64,000 nt of DNA from Candidatus Marinacidobacterales bacterium (lineage in GTDB: Bacteria; Acidobacteriota; Vicinamibacteria; Marinacidobacterales; DATDRI01): positions 2,176,001 to 2,240,000 of the forward strand of contig CBDCNP010000002.1 in the NCBI GenBank assembly GCA_965219415.1, written 5' to 3'. Positions 48,927-56,482 of this stretch are shown here, piece after piece; position 1 is the stretch's first letter, and the number at the start of each line of letters is the position of its first letter. Both the position numbers and the translations under genes were made by a program. The notes below the pieces were generated by a model. The model was given only the letters and a program-made list of their open reading frames with translations, ran no database searches and was not told the DNA's origin.

Positions 48927-49855
48927 GGTCGTGGATTTTCGAAAACTCGGGGCTCAAGGTGATCTCGCTCATTTTGGGAGTCTCCCTGTGGTACATCGTG
49001 GCCGGCGAGAGAGGCACCGAGATCGTGCTTTCGATTCCTCTCGAGTTTCAGAACGTTCCGGAAGGACTCGAAGTGATCGCGGAGTCCGCTCAGCAAGTCG
49101 ACGTGCGATTGCGTGGCTCGTCCGAGTTCCTGAGAGGACTCTCGCCTCAGGAAATTCAGGCGGCGATGGACCTGACGGACGCTATCCCAGGAGACAACAC
49201 CTTTTACCTCACGCCGGGTCAGGTGGACACGCCCTACGGCGTTCGAGTAATGAGAGTCACTCCAGCTTCCGTCAACCTGACGGTCGAGCCGGTATCTCAG
49301 CGTAGTGTTCGGGCGGTGCCAAGAGTCGTCGGGAAGCCCGCCACTGGCTTCGTGCTGGCCGCCATCGATCTCGAGCCACTCGAGGTTGTGGTCAGCGGAC
49401 CCACCTCACGGCTCGCGAACCTAGAACAAGTCGCCACCGAGCCCATCTCTGCGGAAGGACTCCGCGAAACCTACTCGCAGTCGCTCCGAGTCCTCTTTGA
49501 TGACCCGTTCGTGAGACTTCCCGAAGGGAATACCGTGGAGGTGACGCTCGAAGTTCAGGAAGAGAGAATCGAACGAGAGCTGGGCCCGGTGCCGGTTAGT
49601 GCAAGCCCGTCCTCCCCCAAGGTCACGCTGACCCCCGCATCGCTTACCGTCGTGGTAGGCGGCCCTCGAAGTGTGGTTGAGAAGCTTCGCGTCGAACATC
49701 TCGACGCGCGGGTGAACGTGGAGGGTTTGGATCCCGGAAGTCATCCACTTGCCCCCCAGATCGAAGTGCGTCTCCAGGGCGCCGCCGACATCGAGATCGT
49801 GAACGTCGTTCCTGAAGAAGTGGAAGCCTGCTTGTCCGAGTCGGGAAGCGAATGA
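48923..49855 (+). CDS. cdaR: CdaA regulator CdaR (YbbR repeats)
   Basis: N-terminal N.GLK.ISL..GV.LW TM segment, repeated V.V.GP beta domains. Lies between cdaA and glmM; ATG 48923. Confidence 0.88.
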   Translation: MRSWIFENSGLKVISLILGVSLWYIVAGERGTEIVLSIPLEFQNVPEGLEVIAESAQQVDVRLRGSSEFLRGLSPQEIQAAMDLTDAIPGDNTFYLTPGQVDTPYGVRVMRVTPASVNLTVEPVSQRSVRAVPRVVGKPATGFVLAAIDLEPLEVVVSGPTSRLANLEQVATEPISAEGLRETYSQSLRVLFDDPFVRLPEGNTVEVTLEVQEERIERELGPVPVSASPSSPKVTLTPASLTVVVGGPRSVVEKLRVEHLDARVNVEGLDPGSHPLAPQIEVRLQGAADIEIVNVVPEEVEACLSESGSE

Positions 49856-51189
49856 AGAATCTCTTCGGCACCGACGGTATTCGAGGCGAAACGGGGGTTC
49901 CCCCGCTCGATGCCACGACGGTTTACCGCGTTGGCCGCGCCCTAGCTCGAAACCTGAGCTCGCACGACGTTCCCCGCGTGCTCATCGGGCGTGACACACG
50001 GAGCTCGGGGAGCACCATCGAGTCCTGGCTCGCAGCAGGTATCTCGGCAGGTGGCAGCGAGGCCATCTCGGCCGGTGTCATCCCGACCCCAGGGGTAGCG
50101 CACCTCACGCGCCGCTTGGGTTTTGCGGCAGGAGTCGTGATTTCCGCTTCGCACAACCCCTTCCCCGACAACGGTGTGAAGATTTTCTCAACCGACGGAA
50201 AGAAGGTGAGCGAAGATCTGGAGAGCACCATCTCGAAAGAGGTCGCCGCGGACGCCGACGACCACGCGTTCGAGGAAAGGGCCCTTCCCGCACCGGACCC
50301 AACGCTTCAAGACGAGTACCTACGGCACCTAAAGTCCAGTGTTCCTTCGGAAATGGGCTTTTCGTCGCTCAAGATCGGGCTCGACTGCGCCAACGGAGCA
50401 ACTTATCAGGTGGGACCTCGTCTCCTCGGGGAGCTCGGAATCGGTTTCGTGCCCGTCGGAGTAAGCCCCGATGGACGGAACATCAACGACGCCTGCGGCT
50501 CGACGCACCCGGACGAGCTCGCACGCCGGGTTGTGGAGTCCCGCTGCGACTTCGGCGCCGCCCTGGACGGTGACGGGGATCGGCTGCTGCTGGTGGACGG
50601 CGAAGGCCAGTTGATCAACGGAGATGCGATTCTTCTTATGTGTGCGCGGCGCATGAAAGCCGAGCAAAGACTCCCCGGTCCTGGTATCGTAGCAACGGTC
50701 ATGAGCAACCTAGCCTTGGAGCAAGCCTTAGGGTCGGAAGAGATCGACCTCTTTCGGACGAAGGTGGGCGACAAATACGTCGCGGAGGAGATGGAGAGAC
50801 GCGGGCTGGGACTCGGTGGAGAGCAGTCCGGCCACGTCATCTTTTCGGACTACTCGCCCACCGGTGACGGCCTGCTGACACTCCTCCAGGTCTTGCGGGT
50901 CGTAGCCAGTTCGGCGGAGCCGTTGAAGGAGCTTGCGTACCTCAAGCCGTTCCCACAAGTTCTCGTCAACGTCCCAGTCAGAAAAAAGTGTGACATCCAG
51001 CAAGTGCCAGAAATCGCCCATGCGATGGAAGAGGCGGAACGTCAGATGGCGGGGCGTGGCCGGCTCCTGGTACGTTTTTCGGGAACCGAACCCCTACTTC
51101 GCATCATGATGGAGGGGCCCGACGAAGGAGAGATTCGGGCCCTTTCCGCATCTATTGCAGAAGCCACCCGACGCAGCTTGGCAGAATGA
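49852..51189 (+). CDS. glmM: Phosphoglucosamine mutase
   Basis: FGTDGIRG, ISASHNP, DGDGDR, TVMSN, GGEQSGH, RFSGTEP. Confidence 0.96.
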   Translation: MKNLFGTDGIRGETGVPPLDATTVYRVGRALARNLSSHDVPRVLIGRDTRSSGSTIESWLAAGISAGGSEAISAGVIPTPGVAHLTRRLGFAAGVVISASHNPFPDNGVKIFSTDGKKVSEDLESTISKEVAADADDHAFEERALPAPDPTLQDEYLRHLKSSVPSEMGFSSLKIGLDCANGATYQVGPRLLGELGIGFVPVGVSPDGRNINDACGSTHPDELARRVVESRCDFGAALDGDGDRLLLVDGEGQLINGDAILLMCARRMKAEQRLPGPGIVATVMSNLALEQALGSEEIDLFRTKVGDKYVAEEMERRGLGLGGEQSGHVIFSDYSPTGDGLLTLLQVLRVVASSAEPLKELAYLKPFPQVLVNVPVRKKCDIQQVPEIAHAMEEAERQMAGRGRLLVRFSGTEPLLRIMMEGPDEGEIRALSASIAEATRRSLAE

Positions 51190-51924
51190 TGAAAGAGCTT
51201 GGTGTAACCTTAAACGCCGTCGCTTTTCTGCGTGAGTCGCGCAAGGCCAAAAATCCCGATCCGGTCATGGCCGCGTTTCTCGCCGAGCAAGCCGGCGCGG
51301 ATGCGATCAACGTGCATTTGCGCGGCGACCGCCGGCACATTCAGGAGCGCGATGTGACGCTGCTCCGCGAGACTGTCAAAACGGAGCTCAATCTGGTGGC
51401 CGCTCCCAGCCAGGAGTTGACCCGTGTCGCCCTCACTGTCAAGCCCGACCGAGTGACTTTCGTCCCCGAGCGGATCGAGGAAGTCGGTGGCCCCATGGGA
51501 GTCGACGTCATTCTCAACAGCTCCCAGCTGCGTCAGCTCACAAGGATGCTTCGCGAGGGCTCAATCCGATGTAGTGTCTTCATCGAGCCGGACCCAGACC
51601 AGATTCGAGAAGCCCATCGGATCGATGCCGATGGCGTGGAGCTTTCAACCGAGACCCTCGTTGGCGCGCAAGGCGACGATACGGTTGCCCAGCAACTGCA
51701 GCGGATTTCCGACGGGGCTCGACTGGCGGACAAGTTCGGTCTGGAGGTCTCAGTTGGTAACGGCCTCTCCCCTGCGCAGCATACCCCCGCTCGTGGGCCT
51801 TCAAGGGCTGAAACGCATCACCGTGGGCTATCACCTTGTGGCGCGCTCTCTGGTAATCGGCTTCGAGGATGCGGTGCGAGAAATGGCAAGACTCGTCAAG
51901 CAGACGACCCTGCCGCTTCGTTGA
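51186..51924 (+). CDS. pdxJ: Pyridoxine 5'-phosphate synthase-like protein with substituted catalytic residues; one frameshift at ~51770
   Basis: PDPV.AA..AEQAGAD.I.VHLR.DRRHI..RDV, VPE, S.FI. The C-terminus continues in another frame as ...ITVGYHLVARSLVIGFEDAVREM to a stop at 51924. Confidence 0.8.
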
Positions 51925-51989
51925 CCCCCGTTGACGAAGCCCGACTTGGTCTGGTATTTTCAATAGTTTAGAGAGATTCAACCCGACTC

Positions 51990-52110
51990 ATGAATCCAAG
52001 CTCGCTGCGGGAGAGGCAAAAGGAAGGCAAGCGAAGAGTGAAGGACGTTGGACCGGATCGACATTCCAAAAGAGGCGTTTCTCGCCGTTCTCAACGCGGA
52101 GGCTTCCTAA
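51990..52110 (+). pseudogene. lepA: Isolated C-terminal tail of elongation factor 4 (LepA)
   Basis: Reads MNPSSLRERQKEGKRRVKDVG / RIDIPKEAFLAVLNAEAS* (one extra base at ~52052). Matches the LepA terminus LLEKQKEGKKRMKxVGxVxIPQEAFLAVL and ends 1 nt before lepB. Confidence 0.8.
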
Positions 52111-52111
52111 C

Positions 52112-52879
52112 ATGGCGACCAAGCACGTAATGACCGGCCGTGGCCCTTACAGGAACGATGGGCCTGACAGAAAGGCCGAGAACGGTTCCGGTCCCGCCAA
52201 GTCGACCCTGCGCGAATACTTCGAGTCAATATGTGTCGCCGTCATCCTGGCGCTCTTCATTCGCACCTTTGTGGTCCAGGCCTTCAAAATCCCTACCGGC
52301 TCGATGGAACAAAACCTCTTGATCGGCGACCATCTTCTCGTCAACAAGATGCTCTACGCGCCGGTGGCGGCTCCATTGGAGGACGAGATCTTGCCGATCC
52401 GAGACGTTCGCCGAGGAGACGTGGTGGTCTTCAAATTTCCCATGGAACCGGAACGAGACTTCATCAAGCGGGTTATCGGACTTCCCGGCGATGCCATCCG
52501 CATCGAGAACAAGAGGGTCCATATCAACGGGGAACCACTGGAGGAGGACTACGCCTTTTTCGCCGAGCCTCCCGGGGACGGCAATAAGGAGGTATTCTAC
52601 GACTTCCGCCGCGACAACATGCCGGAGTTGGTGGTACCCGACGGTCAATACTTCGTGATGGGCGATAACCGGGACAACAGCCACGACAGCCGCTTCTGGG
52701 GAACGCTTCCCCGCGAGCTGGTGAAAGGCCGGGCACTTATCGTATATTGGTCTTATAGAGCACCCAAGGAGGCTTACTTGGCGACGGGGCTGATGGAACG
52801 ACTCAAGGAGTTGGGCTCTGTCGCGATCCACTTCTTCGGCAACACCCGATGGAACCGGTTCTTCCATCTGGTCCGGTAG
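52112..52879 (+). CDS. lepB: Signal peptidase I
   Basis: FKIPTGSM..L.IGD, RGDVVVF, FIKRVIGLPGD, GDNRDNSHDSRFWG. Confidence 0.96.
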   Translation: MATKHVMTGRGPYRNDGPDRKAENGSGPAKSTLREYFESICVAVILALFIRTFVVQAFKIPTGSMEQNLLIGDHLLVNKMLYAPVAAPLEDEILPIRDVRRGDVVVFKFPMEPERDFIKRVIGLPGDAIRIENKRVHINGEPLEEDYAFFAEPPGDGNKEVFYDFRRDNMPELVVPDGQYFVMGDNRDNSHDSRFWGTLPRELVKGRALIVYWSYRAPKEAYLATGLMERLKELGSVAIHFFGNTRWNRFFHLVR

Positions 52880-52900
52880 AAAGAGTTGGTAGGAGGTGTC

Positions 52901-53266
52901 ATGAATAGGTTCGCGAGCGTAAGGGGAGAGACCCGGATCGGGTCGATCCTAACACTGGCGGTGATCGCCTTCGCAGTCTACGTTGGCGTCCAGTTCGCAC
53001 CGGTGCTCTTCGCACAGTACGAGTTCAAGGACGCGATTATTGAAGAGGCGAAGTTCTCGGCAAGAAAGAAACCCGAAACCATCCGGAACGGCCTGACGGA
53101 GAAGGCCGCTTCGTTGGGGCTGCCCGTTACTCATCAACAGATCCATGTCGAGCGCAAGCCCACCTTCACGCGGATACAGATCAACTACGAACTGAGCGTG
53201 GAGTGGCTGCCAGGCAAAATGTACACTTGGGATGTGACCGAGGTGGCGGAGAGCGTCTTGTTCTAG
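52901..53266 (+). CDS. Small membrane-anchored protein, pilin-like N-terminus (DUF4845-like)
   Basis: AGGAGGT SD, RGE followed by a hydrophobic helix, located directly after lepB. Confidence 0.55.
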   Translation: MNRFASVRGETRIGSILTLAVIAFAVYVGVQFAPVLFAQYEFKDAIIEEAKFSARKKPETIRNGLTEKAASLGLPVTHQQIHVERKPTFTRIQINYELSVEWLPGKMYTWDVTEVAESVLF

Positions 53267-53366
53267 CGCGTCGCACGGCTCCGCCAGACAAGCCCACCAG
53301 CCCCGCGAAGTTTGTCCGGCGTCTCGCGAAGCATCCGGCTCCCCTCCGCGGCGAGCCTGCCCGATT

Positions 53367-53684
53367 TCACGACCTTACCGGCCTCGCCTTCCTCATCAGG
53401 CTCATGAGCCGGTCCTGCGCCTGGGCGGCGCTCAACCTTCGCACCCGAACCGTTTTCCGCCGAGAGCTCGAACCGGAGACGATCTCCACGTCCCTTTTTC
53501 CGACGCCGAGGGAACGGGCGAGGAACTTGACGAGCTCTTGATTGGCCTGTCCCCTTAACGGAGGTGACTTGAGGCGTACACGGATCTCCTCTTGCTCGTC
53601 ATAGGTCAATTCTTGGCGGCCACTGCGAGGGGTAACCCGGACGCGAATGAGCGCACCTTCACGCGCGTCTGAGAACGCGGCCAC
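53367..53684 (-). CDS. DUF167/YggU family protein
   Basis: VRVTPRS, VRLKSPPLRGQANQEL..FLA..LGV....V.IVSG.SSRRK. Start probably GTG 53684. Confidence 0.88.
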   Translation of the reverse strand: MAAFSDAREGALIRVRVTPRSGRQELTYDEQEEIRVRLKSPPLRGQANQELVKFLARSLGVGKRDVEIVSGSSSRRKTVRVRRLSAAQAQDRLMSLMRKARPVRS

Positions 53685-53712
53685 TACAGTCTCCGGTTCT
53701 AATTTGGAGGCG

Positions 53713-54232
53713 TTAGGAAGACTCGGCTTTTCCTTGGTCGGTGCCGCGTCGCCTAAGAAAAGACAGCTTGTCCTGCTCGATCTCACTTTCCTCCATCAGT
53801 TTGATCAGGTTGCGTAGGTTGGCGATGGTCGCCAAGATCGAGTTCTGCACTTGTCGCTTCTGGATCCGGAGCTCCAGGATATCTTTTTCGATGTCGTGGG
53901 CCTTCACCTGAGCGGCTTCGATCAGACGATCGGCTGCCAACTCCGCTTCCCGCGGTAGCATTTGTGATTGTTTCTTCGCATTCTCTTTCAGCTCCTCCGA
54001 GGTCCGCTGGGCCGCGACGAGCGTGTTCTTCAATATTTGCTCGCGCTCGTGATGCTCGCTCAGCAGCGCGGACAATCTCCTCGTTTCTTCCGCCGTCTTT
54101 TCATTCTCAGCGCGGAGCTGTTCCATTTCTTCGGCAACCCATGTTCAGGAACGTCTTGACTTCATCGGCGTCGACTCCACGAAAACGCGTCTGAAAGCTA
54201 TGCCTCTGGATATCCAAGGGCGTGAGCTTCAT
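53713..54232 (-). CDS. DivIVA-domain coiled-coil protein (one frameshift at ~54138)
   Basis: MKLTPLDIQRHSFQTRFRGVDADEVKTFLNM from ATG 54232 (overlapping the yggS stop) joins VAEEMEQLRAEN...TLVAAQR if one G of ATGGGT is removed. Confidence 0.88.
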
Positions 54233-55008
54233 CTCCCATCCTCCCGGGCTCTTGTGGACCCTTCCGCGAACGTTGGCCCTACTGCGGGGCCTTTCACCGG
54301 TCTTTCACCAAACAAGGCTGTCCCCACTCGCACGAGCGTGGCACCTTCCTCCACCGCGACCTGGTAGTCGTGGCTCATCCCCATCGACAGCTCCTTGAAG
54401 GCCCCGCCCACCAAACCCCTGGCGCAAGCCTCATCACGAAGCTCTCGTAGTTGCCTAAAATAAGGCCGCACTTCTCCGGAATCGTCCAGGTAAGGGGGTA
54501 GCACCATCATCCCTTCTAATCGAAGGTTTTCGAGCTCGACCATCCGTGGGAGATCCTCGAACAGCTGAGGAACGGGCAGGCCGACTTTGCTTTCCTCCTC
54601 GGCCAATTGAACTTGGATCAGCACCCGCTGTATCCGGTTCTGTTCCCCGCACAAACGGTCCACGCGTCGAGCCAGCTCCACCGAGTCAATCGAATGAATG
54701 AGATCAAAGACCTGAATCGCTTTTTTTACCTTGTTGCTCTGCAGACGTCCCACGAGGTGCCATTGCAAGTCAGATCCGACAACGAGCCCTTGCTTGCCCT
54801 CTGCTTCCTGGACGCGATTCTCGCCAATGTCGACCACCCCGGCCGCGACCGCTTCTAGAACCTCTTCGGCGGATCGGAACTTCGATACCGCGACGAGCCG
54901 AACGGAGTCTGGCTCACGCCCCGACCGCGACACCGCCTCTTCGATTCTCTGACGGACGGTGACAATGCGGCTGGCCAGTTCCGTCGGCATCAGCTCAGGG
55001 AAGCTCAA
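54229..55008 (-). CDS. yggS: PLP homeostasis protein YggS/PROSC
   Basis: LVAVSK, GENRVQE, WHLVG.LQSNK, LSMGMS.DY..AVEEGAT.VRVGT.LFG. Start may be ATG 54990. Confidence 0.94.
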   Translation of the reverse strand: MSFPELMPTELASRIVTVRQRIEEAVSRSGREPDSVRLVAVSKFRSAEEVLEAVAAGVVDIGENRVQEAEGKQGLVVGSDLQWHLVGRLQSNKVKKAIQVFDLIHSIDSVELARRVDRLCGEQNRIQRVLIQVQLAEEESKVGLPVPQLFEDLPRMVELENLRLEGMMVLPPYLDDSGEVRPYFRQLRELRDEACARGLVGGAFKELSMGMSHDYQVAVEEGATLVRVGTALFGERPVKGPAVGPTFAEGSTRAREDGR

Positions 55009-55958
55009 TTCTTTTTGAGATAGTCGAGGAGTCCCGTTGCGGTGGCCGCTTGCGGACCATCAGGTTGCAACTCGAGATACTTTTCCAGATGAGCGACCGC
55101 TTCCCCGCTCTTGCCCTGGTTGACGTATACCATTCCCAGTTGATAATGGCCGAGCGCGTGGGCGTCGTCGAGCTCGATCACCCTCAGAAACGCCGCCTCC
55201 GCCGCGGGGATGTCTCCAGCGTTCATCGCTACCGCACCAAGGTCGAAAACCGTGTCAACATCGCCCGGCTGAAGCGCCTCCGCTTCCTGGAGCATCGCCA
55301 TGGCTTCGGGCCACTGCTGATTCGCGGTGTAGATGGTAGCGAGCGCCAGATAGGGTTCGACCGCTGATGTTTGGAGCTCGACCGCCTTCCCGTAAAAAGT
55401 CACGGCCTGATCCATCTGCCCGAGGTTTTCGTGCGCGACCCCCAGATTGTAGATTGCCTCCGCCTTCTCCGGATCGATCTCGAGGACTTTTTCGAATGCC
55501 GCAATGGCCGCAGCATAGTCCTTCGCGGTCATTGCGGCGACACCTTCCTTAAAGAGTGGCGCCATCGTCGCGTTCAGCGTCTGCTCCTCGAGGTTGGAAC
55601 GTGCGCCTTCGGACAAGGCCGGCAGAACCACTTTCCCCAACTGCGTCGGGGGTCCCGTGAGAACCTTGAGCTCATATTGATACGACTGGTGTCCACTCTT
55701 GGTGAAGGTGAGCTGGTAGCGCCCGGTGGGTAAGCCGGCCCGAATGAAGTCGCCATCATCGCCGGAGGTCGCGGTGTGCTGACGGTTCACTCCTCCCAAA
55801 AACTGGAAGACGATCTCGACTCCACCCACTGGCTGTTCATTCTCGTCGACGATCTGCCCGCGAACCGATCCGGTCTGGGCATCGGCTCCCGCCGCCAGTA
55901 GGGTGGCAATCGATAGAAGAGCGAGAAGGCGCAGCAATGATTTCCCAGACGCCATCAT
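55005..55958 (-). CDS. Exported TPR protein with N-terminal carboxypeptidase-regulatory-like beta domain
   Basis: Signal peptide, G.VRGQIVDE...PV.G..., GL.TG.Y.LT, then several TPR units (YNLG, YQLG...YLEL.P). Confidence 0.85.
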   Translation of the reverse strand: MMASGKSLLRLLALLSIATLLAAGADAQTGSVRGQIVDENEQPVGGVEIVFQFLGGVNRQHTATSGDDGDFIRAGLPTGRYQLTFTKSGHQSYQYELKVLTGPPTQLGKVVLPALSEGARSNLEEQTLNATMAPLFKEGVAAMTAKDYAAAIAAFEKVLEIDPEKAEAIYNLGVAHENLGQMDQAVTFYGKAVELQTSAVEPYLALATIYTANQQWPEAMAMLQEAEALQPGDVDTVFDLGAVAMNAGDIPAAEAAFLRVIELDDAHALGHYQLGMVYVNQGKSGEAVAHLEKYLELQPDGPQAATATGLLDYLKKN

Positions 55959-56014
55959 GGTTCCTCCCTTGTAACCCGAAACTCGATTATACGTCTCAGT
56001 CGCGAGGAACGCAT

Positions 56015-56060
56015 CCGCCTTCGCCAGCGTGCCTCGCTAAGGCTTCGGCGGGACAAGTCC
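56015..56060. repeat. REP-like GC-rich stem-loop
   Basis: CCGCC...GCCTcgctaAGGC ttc GGCGG nested inverted repeats in the intergenic space. Only one clear copy in this window. Confidence 0.3.
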
Positions 56061-56079
56061 AGCTCAACCTAACGGCGGT

Positions 56080-56463
56080 TCAATCGCGCTCGTAGGAGGC
56101 GCTGTACGTCGGCGCTTCCCAGACTCTGATGCGCCTGACGACGAGGCCCCGCGGGGCCAACCTTTCCTCTAGTTTCTCGTAGAACCATCGCGCCATGTTC
56201 TCGGTCGTGGGATTCATGTCATCGAAGGGAGCCAATTCGTTCAAGTGTCGATGGTCGTACGGGGCGAGGACCTCCTTCAATTCCTGCTCCAGCTCCAGGA
56301 AATCCATCCCGAGCCCCAGTTTGTCTAACTCTCGCGCTGCGACACAAGCTTCGACCCTGAAGTTGTGCCCATGCAGCGGCTCGATGGGTCCCTTGTAGCC
56401 TCGGAGTTGGTGAGACGCGGAAAACATGGTCTCCACAGTAACCTGGTAGCGAGCTGTACCCAA
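56080..56463 (-). CDS. 6-pyruvoyl-tetrahydropterin synthase (COG0720) family protein, PTPS-III motif
   Basis: FSASHQL...IEPLHGHNFRV, GMDF, DHRHLN, NPTTEN, VWE. The QueD catalytic Cys (CxxxHGH) is absent. Confidence 0.85.
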   Translation of the reverse strand: MGTARYQVTVETMFSASHQLRGYKGPIEPLHGHNFRVEACVAARELDKLGLGMDFLELEQELKEVLAPYDHRHLNELAPFDDMNPTTENMARWFYEKLEERLAPRGLVVRRIRVWEAPTYSASYERD

Positions 56464-56482
56464 TGTCTACTCCCCTAGTACA

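Noticed and set aside
51772-51971. Track C-terminus of PdxJ (…PAQHTPARGP…) as a novel extension
   Set aside because: It results from a frameshift in a C-run. The PdxJ-like C-terminus is in the other frame and ends at 51924.
53367-55008. DivIVA in an apparently diderm organism
   Set aside because: The yggS-divIVA-yggU neighbourhood is a known conserved cluster outside Firmicutes, so it is not unusual enough to flag.
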